The notes below the pieces were generated by a model. That model saw only the letters and a list, made by a program, of their open reading frames with translations. It searched no databases and was not told the origin of the DNA. From an uncultured Nitrososphaerales archaeon (GTDB lineage: Archaea; Thermoproteota; Nitrososphaeria; Conexivisphaerales; UBA164), in NCBI GenBank assembly GCA_964343315.1, contig CAYFJA010000002.1, positions 1 through 61,924 on the forward strand: DNA of 61,924 nucleotides. Reading direction: 5' to 3'. This document shows positions 27,994-37,393 of the stretch, piece by piece. A program made the translations under genes and the position numbers. The stretch's first letter is position 1. The number at the start of each line of letters is the position of its first letter.

Positions 27994-29119
27994 TCGCTTT
28001 AAATATGCTGTTCATCCCATTAATAATATTTTCCCTAGAGGTGGCGTAGGAGATTCTTATGTAACCAGAGTAAGATTCTCCGAAGGCAGCACCGCTAGTG
28101 ACGCTCACATTAGCCTTTTCTAAAAGGTATTCAGCTGGGTCTTGATCTTTAATGAACCTTCTGAGGTTTATGAAGAAGTAAAACGCGCCTTTGGGCTTAA
28201 CGTAGCTTATGCCCTTCTTGTCTAGCATTTCAATGACTATCTTTCTCCTCTCAGAGAACTCCTTCACCATAGCTTCTACGTCATCCTTGCATTCTTTCAG
28301 GGCTGTAACTGCAGCCGCCTGAACGAAAGTTGCAGGAGAAGTTGCCGTGTGACCCTGTATCTTTGCCATCTGTTTTATAATTGATGGCTCTGCAACTGCA
28401 AAGCCAAGCCTCCAACCAGTCATAGCATATGATTTGCTGAAACCGTTTATCAGAATCAACCCTTCCTCGTACTTGATGTATTTGCTAAAGGATACAAAGC
28501 TGTCTTCATACACCAGCTTTTCGTAGATTTCGTCGCTTATAACAAAAATGTTGTGCTGAAGAGCTAAATCTGACAGCTCTTTTACAACAGAATCGCTGTA
28601 CACAGCTCCTGTTGGGTTGTTGGGGGAGTTAACTATGATCGCCCTAGTCCTTTCGCTTATCCTTTTCTTAATCGAGTCTACATCTGGGTAGAAGCCTTCG
28701 TCTGTGTCTACTTCAACTGGATTACCGCCAGCAAGCTTTACAACTTGTTTATAGCTAGGCCAAGCAGGGTTTAATATTATAACTTCATCCCCAGGGTTTA
28801 AGATAGAGTACAAAGCGTAAAAAATCGCCTGCTTTGATCCCGGGGTTGCGATGACATAGCTTTGGTCTACACCATAAACTTCTCCTATGGCTCTTCTAAG
28901 CTGAGGAATTCCCGCTGAAGGAGCGTAGTGGGTTAATCCGTTGAGCATAGCCTGATAAGCCGCATCTATTATCTTTTTAGGCGTGGAGAAATCAGGTTCC
29001 CCAACGTCCAATTTATAAACCTTAATTCCTTTTGATATCATTTCGTTTGCCTTTTCAGAAGCCTTAAGGGTAGCTGATTCCTCAAGCTCAAAGAGCCTTT
29101 TAGGGGGCGAATACTTCAT
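27983..29119 (-). CDS. Class I aminotransferase (aspartate aminotransferase type)
   Basis: LDVGEPDF, NSPNNPTG, and the PLP-lysine motif NGFSKSYAMTGWRLGF. Confidence 0.9.
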   Translation of the reverse strand: MKYSPPKRLFELEESATLKASEKANEMISKGIKVYKLDVGEPDFSTPKKIIDAAYQAMLNGLTHYAPSAGIPQLRRAIGEVYGVDQSYVIATPGSKQAIFYALYSILNPGDEVIILNPAWPSYKQVVKLAGGNPVEVDTDEGFYPDVDSIKKRISERTRAIIVNSPNNPTGAVYSDSVVKELSDLALQHNIFVISDEIYEKLVYEDSFVSFSKYIKYEEGLILINGFSKSYAMTGWRLGFAVAEPSIIKQMAKIQGHTATSPATFVQAAAVTALKECKDDVEAMVKEFSERRKIVIEMLDKKGISYVKPKGAFYFFINLRRFIKDQDPAEYLLEKANVSVTSGAAFGESYSGYIRISYATSRENIINGMNSIFKAIGV

Positions 29120-29177
29120 CGCTAAACTTAACTTTAGGGTATATTTAAATTATATTGCTCGAATAGGTAGTTAATGT

Positions 29178-30197
29178 ATGAGCGTTAAAAAATTCGTGTA
29201 CGAAAAGCCTGGAGGGACTGAAGTGATAAAGGTCGTTGAGGATAAGGAGCCTAAAGCTGAGCAAGGCAAAGTCATAGTTAGGCCTCTGTTTGGGTCAGTT
29301 AATCATGTAGACATATGGGGAAGAATGGATCTGCCTGGACAGCCGTTCCCGCGAGTCTTCGGCTCGGACGTAGCAGGGGTGGTAGAAGATCCCTCTGATA
29401 CCCCCTTAAAGAAAGGAGAAAAGGTTGTTCTATATCCGATGGACTTCTGCTCTACGTGCGAGAACTGCTTAAAAGGTTATGAAAACAGCTGCTTTTACAG
29501 GAAGATATACGGAGTTCACGAAGACGGCTTCTTCTCAACGCTTGTCAGCGTTCCTTACAGGAACGTTTTAAAACTGCCTGATAACGTTTCATTAGAATAT
29601 GCGGCTGCGCTTCCGGTTGCTTACACCACAGCTTACCATGCTTTAATAGACAGAGCTAACTTAAGGCCATCTCAAAAAGTTCTTGTTCTTGGAGCTAGCG
29701 GAGGGGCTGGGCTTGCGGCTATTCAGATAGCAAAGTCTGTTGGGGCCTATGTTGTAGGGACAACGAGCTTTGATTGGAAGGGAGAAATTCTCAGGAAGGC
29801 TGGGGCAGACGAAATTTTGAAGCCCGATGAAAAGCTAGAAGAAGAGGCCCAGAAGCTCACAAACGGACTGGGCTTTGACGTAGTGTTTGATTCACTTGGC
29901 GGGGCCTACACGGCAAGGGCATTAAACTTAGTTAAAAGGGGAGGGAAAATAGTAAACATGGCTATGACCACTGGGGCTTCCGTAAACTTTAACTTGAGAG
30001 CCCTGTACGCTAACAACATAGATTTAATTGGAGTCTACCTTGGGACAAGAAGGGACCTGCTTGAGCTTTTAAACCTTGTTTCTTATTCAAGGCTTAAGCC
30101 CATCATAGACAGCGTTTATCCAATAGAAGAGGTTGCTAAAGCACAAGAAAAAATGGAAAGAAGGTCCCACGTGGGGAAGATCCTTCTTAAGTTTTAA
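29178..30197 (+). CDS. Zinc-type alcohol dehydrogenase / quinone oxidoreductase (MDR superfamily)
   Basis: A GroES-like N-domain with a Cys cluster (CSTCENCLKGYENSC) and the Rossmann motif LVLGASGGAGLAAIQ. Confidence 0.85.
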   Translation: MSVKKFVYEKPGGTEVIKVVEDKEPKAEQGKVIVRPLFGSVNHVDIWGRMDLPGQPFPRVFGSDVAGVVEDPSDTPLKKGEKVVLYPMDFCSTCENCLKGYENSCFYRKIYGVHEDGFFSTLVSVPYRNVLKLPDNVSLEYAAALPVAYTTAYHALIDRANLRPSQKVLVLGASGGAGLAAIQIAKSVGAYVVGTTSFDWKGEILRKAGADEILKPDEKLEEEAQKLTNGLGFDVVFDSLGGAYTARALNLVKRGGKIVNMAMTTGASVNFNLRALYANNIDLIGVYLGTRRDLLELLNLVSYSRLKPIIDSVYPIEEVAKAQEKMERRSHVGKILLKF

Positions 30198-30493
30198 ACC
30201 TTAATTATCTTTCCGTACCTTCCCAAAGATAGCCTCTTTTCGTTCCTAAAGCTTCCCACGTAACCGTTTATTACTCTTATTTTATCGCCAACGCTGACCA
30301 TCTCTATCTGCTCGTTCCAGAGGTTCAGAACTATGCTGCCGCTCTCATCCTCTAAAATCGCATCTGCCACATTCGCTAACGTACCGTCCCTGAGCCTTAC
30401 CTCCTTTGGTTCTCCCTTCTTAACTATCTTTCCCTCAACCTTCACCTTTGCGCTTCCGACTGATAGATCTCTTATTTTCAACGCATAAAGCAT
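30194..30493 (-). CDS. ssb: Single OB-fold ssDNA-binding protein (crenarchaeal SSB-like core, no acidic/RGG tail)
   Basis: The pattern KVEGKIV...VRLRDGTLANVADAILEDESGSIVLNLWNEQ...VGDKIRVINGYV mirrors the Sulfolobus SSB OB domain. Confidence 0.6.
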   Translation of the reverse strand: MLYALKIRDLSVGSAKVKVEGKIVKKGEPKEVRLRDGTLANVADAILEDESGSIVLNLWNEQIEMVSVGDKIRVINGYVGSFRNEKRLSLGRYGKIIKV

Positions 30494-30564
30494 GACTTTA
30501 TAACTTAAAAAGGGTTATGTTAAAAAATTAATACAAGAACAAAAACAAATTAAGAGTACTTATA

Positions 30565-31290
30565 TTAAGGTTGAGGCTGCGTCAAAACAAACTCAAGCCT
30601 CTTGTTGTGGGCCCCTTTGTTTTCAAACTTGATTATCTTTATGCCCCCAATTTCTGATATGTTCCTTACGTGCGTTCCGCCGTCCATCTGCTGGTCAAGC
30701 CCCTTAATCTCTACTACTCTAACAACTTCTAGCTTATTCAGAAGCTCTTGACCGGGCTTTGTCCTAGCTAATTCTGGGATGCTGAGCGCTTCTTCCTTTT
30801 TTAAGAATTTTACTACCACTTCTCTCCCTTTTTTAATTTCTTCGTTTACCATTCTCTCTATATCTCCTGTCATTTCCCTCTTAAGTTCGGGAAAGTCAAC
30901 GTCTATTCTAGCCTTTTCATAATAAATTTGCCCGCCCGTCAGAAAGGCTTTACCGTAGTTTTTCCTCAAGAGAGCATCTATGAGGTGAATTGCTGTGTGA
31001 TACTTCATGTAAGTGTACCTTTTGTCCCAATCTAGTAGACCCTTAACTCTTTTCCCAAGAAGGCTTATGTCTTTCTTAACAAAGTGCACGACCCTTTCTT
31101 CTTCTTTGCTTACGCTGTAAACTTCAAACTTTTCACCTTCACTGATGATCCAACCGACATCGTTTGGCTGTCCTCCGCCCCCAGGATAAAAAGCCGTTCT
31201 GTCTAAGATTATTTTATCGCTGTCCTCTTCTATTACTTGGGCCTCGAACTCCTTTACGTAAGAGTCAGTCAAATATATTAGCTCAGTCAT
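30565..31290 (-). CDS. alaX: AlaX-M trans-editing protein (alanyl-tRNA synthetase editing-domain homolog)
   Basis: Zinc motifs HTAIHLI and DGGTHV, an N-terminal beta-barrel FYPGGGGQPND, and 241 aa. Confidence 0.85.
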   Translation of the reverse strand: MTELIYLTDSYVKEFEAQVIEEDSDKIILDRTAFYPGGGGQPNDVGWIISEGEKFEVYSVSKEEERVVHFVKKDISLLGKRVKGLLDWDKRYTYMKYHTAIHLIDALLRKNYGKAFLTGGQIYYEKARIDVDFPELKREMTGDIERMVNEEIKKGREVVVKFLKKEEALSIPELARTKPGQELLNKLEVVRVVEIKGLDQQMDGGTHVRNISEIGGIKIIKFENKGAHNKRLEFVLTQPQP

Positions 31291-31958
31291 AGCTCAACAG
31301 GCTTTCCGGGCTCTAGTATCAGGACCTCAGTTGAAGGCCTGAGCTTTTTAACTTTGTCTGAAAAGACCTTAGGATCCTGCTTGATTAAGTCAAAGGTATT
31401 ATAATGCATGGGAACAGCATACCTAGGAGCAATGAGCTGGACTGCTACAGCAGCCTGCTCAGGGTCCATCGTGAAGAACCCACCTATAGGGAGCATCGCC
31501 ACGTCCGGGCTGTAAACTTCCCCTATTAACTTCATGTCTCCAAAAAGTCCTGTGTCTCCTGCATGGTAAACGGAGAAGTCCCCAAGCTTTATAACGGCTC
31601 CCGTGGGCGAGCCCTTGCTGGAGCTGTGAAATGCTGGAGTTAAATAAACCTTTACGTCTTCCTTAAGAACTGCAGGACCGCCTATGTTCATGCCTATCCC
31701 CTTTCCTCCGTTTGACTCTATGTAGTTTGCGAGCTCGTAAGTAGCTACAACTGGGGCGCCTGTCCTCTTAGATATTGTTATAGCTTCACCCAGGTGGTCG
31801 TCGTGATCGTGGGTTACCACAATATAATCAGGCTTAACTTCTTCCGGCTTTTTAGGGGAAAGCGGGTTTGTAAGCCATGGATCTATAAGGATGCTCAAGC
31901 CCTTGTAAGAAAGCTCAAAAGCTGCGTGTCCAAGCCAAGTTATTTTAACCTTGCTCAT
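31287..31958 (-). CDS. UPF0173-family metallo-beta-lactamase-fold hydrolase
   Basis: ITWLGHAAFEL and VTHDHDDHLG (HxHxDH) motifs. Confidence 0.85.
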   Translation of the reverse strand: MSKVKITWLGHAAFELSYKGLSILIDPWLTNPLSPKKPEEVKPDYIVVTHDHDDHLGEAITISKRTGAPVVATYELANYIESNGGKGIGMNIGGPAVLKEDVKVYLTPAFHSSSKGSPTGAVIKLGDFSVYHAGDTGLFGDMKLIGEVYSPDVAMLPIGGFFTMDPEQAAVAVQLIAPRYAVPMHYNTFDLIKQDPKVFSDKVKKLRPSTEVLILEPGKPVEL

Positions 31959-32000
31959 GAGCTTAAATTAGAAGCCTCATAAATAATTTTTACTGTAACC

Positions 32001-32576
32001 CTAAAGGGTCCCGAAGCGCGGGTCCCTTTTTATGTTTCTGCTCTTAATGTTTGGGTACGGAGAGTCAAGCCTAACTACTTCGAGTTTTATGCCTCTCTTT
32101 TTAGCCTCTTCTTTTATCCAGGCCTCATCGTGGACCTGATCATAGCCTAGAGCTACTATATCTGGCTTTACCTTCTCGACGGTCACCATCAGGTCATTTT
32201 TATCGCCTAAAATTGCAGCATCAACGTACTTAATTGAGCTGACCAACTCAAGCCTCATGCTTTCGTTGTGCATAGGCTCAACGCCCTTGAACTTCTTAAC
32301 GTTTTCGTCTCTGGCAACAACAACGACGAGCACGTCCCCTAACTCTTTTGACTTCTTCAAGAAATAAACGTGACCTGGATGTATTATGTCAAAAACTCCC
32401 CCAGCAAGGACAACCTTTATCAGCGACCTTCCTTTTTCTGTTAATTCGCCTTCATCGTTTATTAGACCTTCAGACTTTAGCTTTAGCTTAATCTCCTCTT
32501 CTACCTTTTCGCCCGTAAGATTTGAAAGGTAAACTTGTTTTACAGCTTCTTTTAAAGCGCTCTTTTTAACTTCCAA
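32001..32576 (-). CDS. ribL: Cytidylyltransferase-fold FAD synthase (RibL-like) with an N-terminal extension of about 55 aa
   Basis: LAGGVFDIIHPGHVYFL (HxGH) nucleotidyltransferase core. The N-terminal extension LTGEKVEE...GLINDEGELTEKG looks winged-helix-like. Confidence 0.65.
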   Translation of the reverse strand: MEVKKSALKEAVKQVYLSNLTGEKVEEEIKLKLKSEGLINDEGELTEKGRSLIKVVLAGGVFDIIHPGHVYFLKKSKELGDVLVVVVARDENVKKFKGVEPMHNESMRLELVSSIKYVDAAILGDKNDLMVTVEKVKPDIVALGYDQVHDEAWIKEEAKKRGIKLEVVRLDSPYPNIKSRNIKRDPRFGTL

Positions 32577-32994
32577 TTTTGACTATCTGTGGGTCGTAAA
32601 ACACTATTTCGTACCAAACGTACTTTCCGTCTTCTCCAAGATAATATGCTCCAAGAGGTTCTAGATTTACGTAAACCTTCTTAGCCCTCTCTATGGCTAT
32701 CTGCTCCTTTGATTTTTGTCCTGAGATAAGCTTTGAGCCCAAGTGTTTCTGCCTCCTCCCAGACCTGGGCCTCTGAATCTTCATGCCGCCCTTGCTTACC
32801 CTTACTCTTACAACTACAAATCCTGGCTTTTCTTTATAGCCCAACGCTCTAGCCCTGTCTAGCCTAGTTGGCTTTTCGACCCTCACTATCCTAGGCTCGC
32901 TTCTCCACTTGATTAGATATTGCTTGTACTCAGGAGGCTTTTCCTTATAATATCTCTGCCATGTTTCATTTATATAATCGTACATGTTCTTCAT
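32566..32994 (-). CDS. rpl15e: Ribosomal protein L15e (C-terminally short form)
   Basis: YKQYLIKWRSEPRIVRVEKPTRLDRARALGYKEKPGFVVVRVRVSKGG is canonical L15e. The ORF ends just after YEIVFYDPQ, without the basic C-terminal tail. Confidence 0.85.
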   Translation of the reverse strand: MKNMYDYINETWQRYYKEKPPEYKQYLIKWRSEPRIVRVEKPTRLDRARALGYKEKPGFVVVRVRVSKGGMKIQRPRSGRRQKHLGSKLISGQKSKEQIAIERAKKVYVNLEPLGAYYLGEDGKYVWYEIVFYDPQIVKIGS

Positions 32995-33920
32995 AGCCCG
33001 AGCGCCTCTATGAGCCTCTGGACGGTTAGCGTGCCGGCCAGCCTTTGTGCTTCGACGGTTTCCCCTCCGATATGAGGGGTAAGTATAACGTTATCTAGGC
33101 TTAAGAGCTCCTTGTTCGTTGGGGGTTCAACCTCAAACACGTCCAAGGCAGCACCAGCTATTATTTTGTTCTTCAGAGCGTAAACTAAGTCGTCCTCCTT
33201 TATAACGTTTCCCCTAGAAGTGTTTATTATGAAAGCGGTTGGCTTCATGAGCTTAAGCTTATCGATGGTTATCAGGTGATAAGTAGAAGGCCCTCCTGGC
33301 ACGTGGATCGTAACGAAGTCTGAGCTCTTCAAAAGCTCGTCGAGTTCAACCTGCTTAGCTTGAAGCTCTGAGAGCGTCTTTTCGTCAACTTTTATCACAT
33401 CGTACACGAGGATGTTCATGCCCAAGGCTTTAGCAACCTTAGCCACGCCCCTTCCTATCCTACCAAAACCAACTATTCCCAAAGTTTTCCCGCTCAGCTC
33501 ATGCCCTAAGAACTCTGTCTTCAGCCACTTACCTTCCTTCATGGTTCTGTCTGCTTTGCACATGAACCTGCTTAAAGCTACCATAAAGCCTATAACAAGC
33601 TCAACAACAGACTGGGTCAGCGATTCTGGAGCGTTTACTACTTTTATTCCCCTTTCTTTTGCGGCCTCAAGATCGATGTTGTCAAGCCCAACTCCCGCCC
33701 TGCCTATGGCCTTTAGCTTTTTCCCGGCTTCTATTATCTCTCTAGTGACCTTCGTCCTGCTCCTGACCAAAAGTGCATCGTAGTCCTGAACTGAATTCTT
33801 GAGCTCCTGATAGCTTATTGTAGGTTTATAATCAACTTCAAAACCCTTTTCCTTAAGCATCTTAATGGCTTCTTCGTCGATGGGATCGCAAACTAGCACT
33901 TTCATTCTGGTCACTGCCAT
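32991..33920 (-). CDS. D-isomer-specific 2-hydroxyacid dehydrogenase (phosphoglycerate dehydrogenase / glyoxylate reductase type)
   Basis: NAD motif GIVGFGRIGRGVA, catalytic INTSRG, ALDVFEVEP and TPHIGG. Confidence 0.9.
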   Translation of the reverse strand: MAVTRMKVLVCDPIDEEAIKMLKEKGFEVDYKPTISYQELKNSVQDYDALLVRSRTKVTREIIEAGKKLKAIGRAGVGLDNIDLEAAKERGIKVVNAPESLTQSVVELVIGFMVALSRFMCKADRTMKEGKWLKTEFLGHELSGKTLGIVGFGRIGRGVAKVAKALGMNILVYDVIKVDEKTLSELQAKQVELDELLKSSDFVTIHVPGGPSTYHLITIDKLKLMKPTAFIINTSRGNVIKEDDLVYALKNKIIAGAALDVFEVEPPTNKELLSLDNVILTPHIGGETVEAQRLAGTLTVQRLIEALGL

Positions 33921-33960
33921 CCTTCTAATTTTTAAGAATATAAATATTCCCTAATCTTAA

Positions 33961-34242
33961 TTAAATCAGCTTAAGAGATTCTAAAGCGTTCAAAATGCCT
34001 TTGTCGCACCTTAAGTTTAAGCTGCTCATGCTTTCGCACCAATCTTTTTCTATGACGGCAAAGGCCTCACCGTATATTTCCTTTAGAGCTTGAACGAGCT
34101 TCTTTGGGTCGTCCAGGTAGTTTTCTTTTGTTATTCCAAAAGCGTGCATTAAGTGCCACTCGACAACCTTTCTCACCGTTTCTCCTCCGTACTTTTCTAT
34201 AGAATTTAATAGATCTAGCCAGACCTGCTCCCGCGGATCCAT
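33961..34242 (-). CDS. Small helical protein, paralog A of a tandem pair (unknown family)
   Basis: 93 aa. It aligns almost without gaps to ORF 34307..34597 (shared GGE.V, W.L.H, P..(L/F)V..LKE.YG, IE, KG(I/L)). It has its own AT-rich upstream spacer. Confidence 0.5.
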   Translation of the reverse strand: MDPREQVWLDLLNSIEKYGGETVRKVVEWHLMHAFGITKENYLDDPKKLVQALKEIYGEAFAVIEKDWCESMSSLNLRCDKGILNALESLKLI

Positions 34243-34306
34243 TTAGTTTAATATACCTTATAATAGTATATAAACAAATTTGTCCAAAACTTTCAAACCA
34301 AGCATT

Positions 34307-34597
34307 TTACGTTTGCTCTTCTTTAAACTTCTTCAAAGTTTCGACTAACCCTTTTCCTGGGTTAATCCCATAAGCCTTTGAAATCTTCTCAACTAAATGA
34401 TTTTCAATTATAGGTTCAAAATCACCGTATACTTCTTTTAAAAACGAAACAAATTCTTCCGGTTTTTTAATAACGTCGTCTAGGCTCATGTTGTGCTGAT
34501 GGTTTAAGTACCAGAGCAAGGAATTTACGACGGCTTCCCCACCAAAATCCTTCAACGCATCGTAAATAACTTTTGATAATGATGTTTTGCCTTTCAT
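34307..34597 (-). CDS. Small helical protein, paralog B of a tandem pair (unknown family)
   Basis: 96 aa. Its ATG directly abuts the TGA of the upstream KaiC-like gene. It is a paralog of 33961..34242. Confidence 0.5.
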   Translation of the reverse strand: MKGKTSLSKVIYDALKDFGGEAVVNSLLWYLNHQHNMSLDDVIKKPEEFVSFLKEVYGDFEPIIENHLVEKISKAYGINPGKGLVETLKKFKEEQT

Positions 34598-35854
34598 TCA
34601 CTTCACCTCAACAAAGTTTAACTCTCCCTTTTCTGCGTCTAATTCGACAGCATAAAGCTCGCTAACCGGCTTCAAGCTTTTCCAGAAGATGTAATTTCCC
34701 TTTCCGCTAAGAGACCTTTTAGCTGTAGCGTATTTAGCGCTTATCCTTAAAGCTTTAAACGAAGGGTAGCCGTACGTAATAGCAAGCCTGTTTAACCTAA
34801 TGTTCATCTTAACTAAGTTTTCCACCAAAAATTCATACCCATTAGGGTCTTTTAAAGCTAGCTCTTCGTTAGATGCTAAGTTAATTATGTTTATTTTTGG
34901 GCCCCTCATAGCTAAACTTTCAATATAACCGTAAACTTTTTTCCAATCGAATCCCAAAGCTTCGTAAGGGACTTCATATATGCTCACGTTTTCGTAAAGC
35001 GAACCCAAAAGGTTCTTGAAGTCGCTCATCAAAGCATCCTTATCTTCGCTCGGGCCAGGCCAATAACCTACCTTATAGCCTCTTAGGACAAAGTCCGAGG
35101 CGGCAAAAACCCAAAAGTACCTTAAATATGTTGGCGGTATGCTTTCGTCTACTTCGTATAAAATATTATATCCAAAGAGCTTTTCAAGTTCAAACTCAGC
35201 TATTTTTGGCCTTGAAATTTTTTGCAACAGCGATGGTTTAAGAAGGGATTCGGGGCTAAATTCTTTTAAAAACCTAATTCCGTTAGAGATAGTAAAGTAA
35301 TACGTGCTTTTTTCTATCGGAAAGCTCCTGTCTTTGATTACTTCTGCCTTTCTCACTTTGCTGCCAAGCACTTCATCGTAGCTTAGGTTTACCACCGCAT
35401 CAGAAACGTACCTAAAGTCCAAAGAACCCATTATGGCCGGCCCCTCAGCTAAGAGAATTAAGGTCCCATCTTTATTTTTTGCAGCCGTGTATAGTAACTG
35501 AATAAATGTTCTCAAAGAGCTAGGCTCGTTTACGCCATAAAGCATAGAGTTAATCGAATCTACAACAACTATTTCGCCCTTCATTAACCCGTTCATAATA
35601 ATGCTGTAAACATGAGAAGGATCGCCTGTTATCATACTTACGACCCCAAAGCTCCCTTTATAGTTTGGGTCGATCTGCGCGAGCTTATCGGTTAGCGATT
35701 TTTCCGGCTCTGAATACGTTATGTATGTGCAGCTTTCCTTTTTGCTGCAAGCTAACAAAGCTAAGTAAGTCTTACCTACACCAGGGTCACCTGAAACCAA
35801 TATAACGTAACTTTTAGTTGTTAAAACATCAACCAGATCCCTTCCCATTCGCAT
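34598..35854 (-). CDS. KaiC/RecA-superfamily ATPase with an intact N-terminal and a degenerate C-terminal RecA-like domain
   Basis: Walker A VSGDPGVGKTYLAL and Walker-B-like IVVVDS in residues 1-190. The second half (~200-418) has similar length and beta-strand patterning (YNILYEVDE...) but no GxxGxGK[ST]. Confidence 0.65.
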   Translation of the reverse strand: MRMGRDLVDVLTTKSYVILVSGDPGVGKTYLALLACSKKESCTYITYSEPEKSLTDKLAQIDPNYKGSFGVVSMITGDPSHVYSIIMNGLMKGEIVVVDSINSMLYGVNEPSSLRTFIQLLYTAAKNKDGTLILLAEGPAIMGSLDFRYVSDAVVNLSYDEVLGSKVRKAEVIKDRSFPIEKSTYYFTISNGIRFLKEFSPESLLKPSLLQKISRPKIAEFELEKLFGYNILYEVDESIPPTYLRYFWVFAASDFVLRGYKVGYWPGPSEDKDALMSDFKNLLGSLYENVSIYEVPYEALGFDWKKVYGYIESLAMRGPKINIINLASNEELALKDPNGYEFLVENLVKMNIRLNRLAITYGYPSFKALRISAKYATAKRSLSGKGNYIFWKSLKPVSELYAVELDAEKGELNFVEVK

Positions 35855-35947
35855 GTAAAATATTTTTAAGCATTTTAATATTTAAGTTTTTATTTTCGAA
35901 AAATATGATCCGTTTACTGTAAAAATTTTGCAAAAATACTTTCAAAA

Positions 35948-37330
35948 CTATACATTTTCTACCTTTCTCCAAAATGTTCCGTACCTAGTGTCAATCAGCT
36001 TTACGTGAATATTTAATAGTTTTCGTCTTATCTCGTCCGCTTCTTGAAACTTTTTCATTTTCCTTAGCTCATCCCTCTTTTTAATTTCTGCCTCTATCAT
36101 TTCCTTTTCTTCTTGGCTAACTTGAGGGAGCCTAAACCCGAAAACGTCGAAAAGCTCGTTGAAGAAGGTAAGCTTCGATGCAACCTTAACTGAAAGGGCT
36201 CCTGAAGTCCACAGCTTGTTAATGCTCCTAGAAGCCCTAACCATTTTAGCTAGAGCCTGAGGTGTGTTTAGGTCTTCCTTAAGGTCTTCGTAAGCTGACT
36301 TTAGTTCGCTTACTATATTTTCCACTTCAGCGTCTTGATCGAACTCAAAGGGTTGCCTTAGGTTATAGGCTGCTTCTTCAATTATTTTCCACGTTTCAAC
36401 TGCTTCTGCAATTTTGTTTTCGCTGAACTCAAGCTGGGACCTGTAATGGGTGCTTAACGCCCAAACCCTTAGCGTGTTCGGGCCGTACTGCTTTAGGAAA
36501 TCTTTGATGTATATCACGTTGTGCAAGCTCTTGCTCATCTTTTCCTTTCCAAACTTTACGAGCCCTACGTGAACCCAAGCCTTTGCTAAAGGCTTCCCTG
36601 TGAGCGATTCGCTCTGGGCTATTTCGTTTTCGTGGTGAGGAAATATTAAATCTTCACCGCCTCCATGTATGTCGATCGTTTCCCCCAAGTTCTTTCTAAT
36701 CATAGTAGAGCACTCTATGTGCCACCCAGGCCTTCCCTTACCAAAGCTGCTTTCAAAAAGAGGCTCTTCTTTGTATTTTTTCCAAAGGGCAAAGTCCAAA
36801 GGATCCTTTTTCTTTTCGTTTACGTCGACCCTAGCTCCGGCCAGAAGCTCCTCTCTTTTTATCTTTGAAAGCTTTCCGTAGTCCTTAAACTTGCTTACTT
36901 CAAAGTAAACCCCATCTTCAGTTTCGTAAGCGTAGCCTCTTTCAACTAGCCCCTTTATGAATTCGTCCATGTCTTTTATGTGCTCCGTTGCTCTTGGATA
37001 AACGTCTGCTCGCATTAAGTTCAAAGCGTCAGAATCTTCTAAGTAAGCTTTGATGAACCTTTCAGAAACATCCTTGTAGCTTAGGCCCAGCTCCTTGGCC
37101 CTGTTGATTATTTTATCGTCTATGTCGGTGAAGTTTTGAACGTACTTAACCTTAAAGCCCTCCTTCTGCAACAGCCTCCTCAAAACGTCAAAAACTATGA
37201 AAACTCGGGCGTGGCCAACGTGGCTGTAGTCATAAACCGTGACCCCACACACATAAATCTTAACCTCAGGGTTTACGCTAGGGTCAAAAGCAACCATCTC
37301 CCTGGACAATGTGTCGCTGAGCTTTATCAC
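35948..37330 (-). CDS. cysS: Cysteinyl-tRNA synthetase
   Basis: Class I HIGH (YDYSHVGHAR) and KMSKS motifs, and the Zn-binding GRPGWHIECS. Confidence 0.95.
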   Translation of the reverse strand: MIKLSDTLSREMVAFDPSVNPEVKIYVCGVTVYDYSHVGHARVFIVFDVLRRLLQKEGFKVKYVQNFTDIDDKIINRAKELGLSYKDVSERFIKAYLEDSDALNLMRADVYPRATEHIKDMDEFIKGLVERGYAYETEDGVYFEVSKFKDYGKLSKIKREELLAGARVDVNEKKKDPLDFALWKKYKEEPLFESSFGKGRPGWHIECSTMIRKNLGETIDIHGGGEDLIFPHHENEIAQSESLTGKPLAKAWVHVGLVKFGKEKMSKSLHNVIYIKDFLKQYGPNTLRVWALSTHYRSQLEFSENKIAEAVETWKIIEEAAYNLRQPFEFDQDAEVENIVSELKSAYEDLKEDLNTPQALAKMVRASRSINKLWTSGALSVKVASKLTFFNELFDVFGFRLPQVSQEEKEMIEAEIKKRDELRKMKKFQEADEIRRKLLNIHVKLIDTRYGTFWRKVENV

Positions 37331-37393
37331 GACTAATTAACTTTTTTTAAACAATAAAAAACTTTACTTTTAAAAGCCAGAGAGATTATGCTT

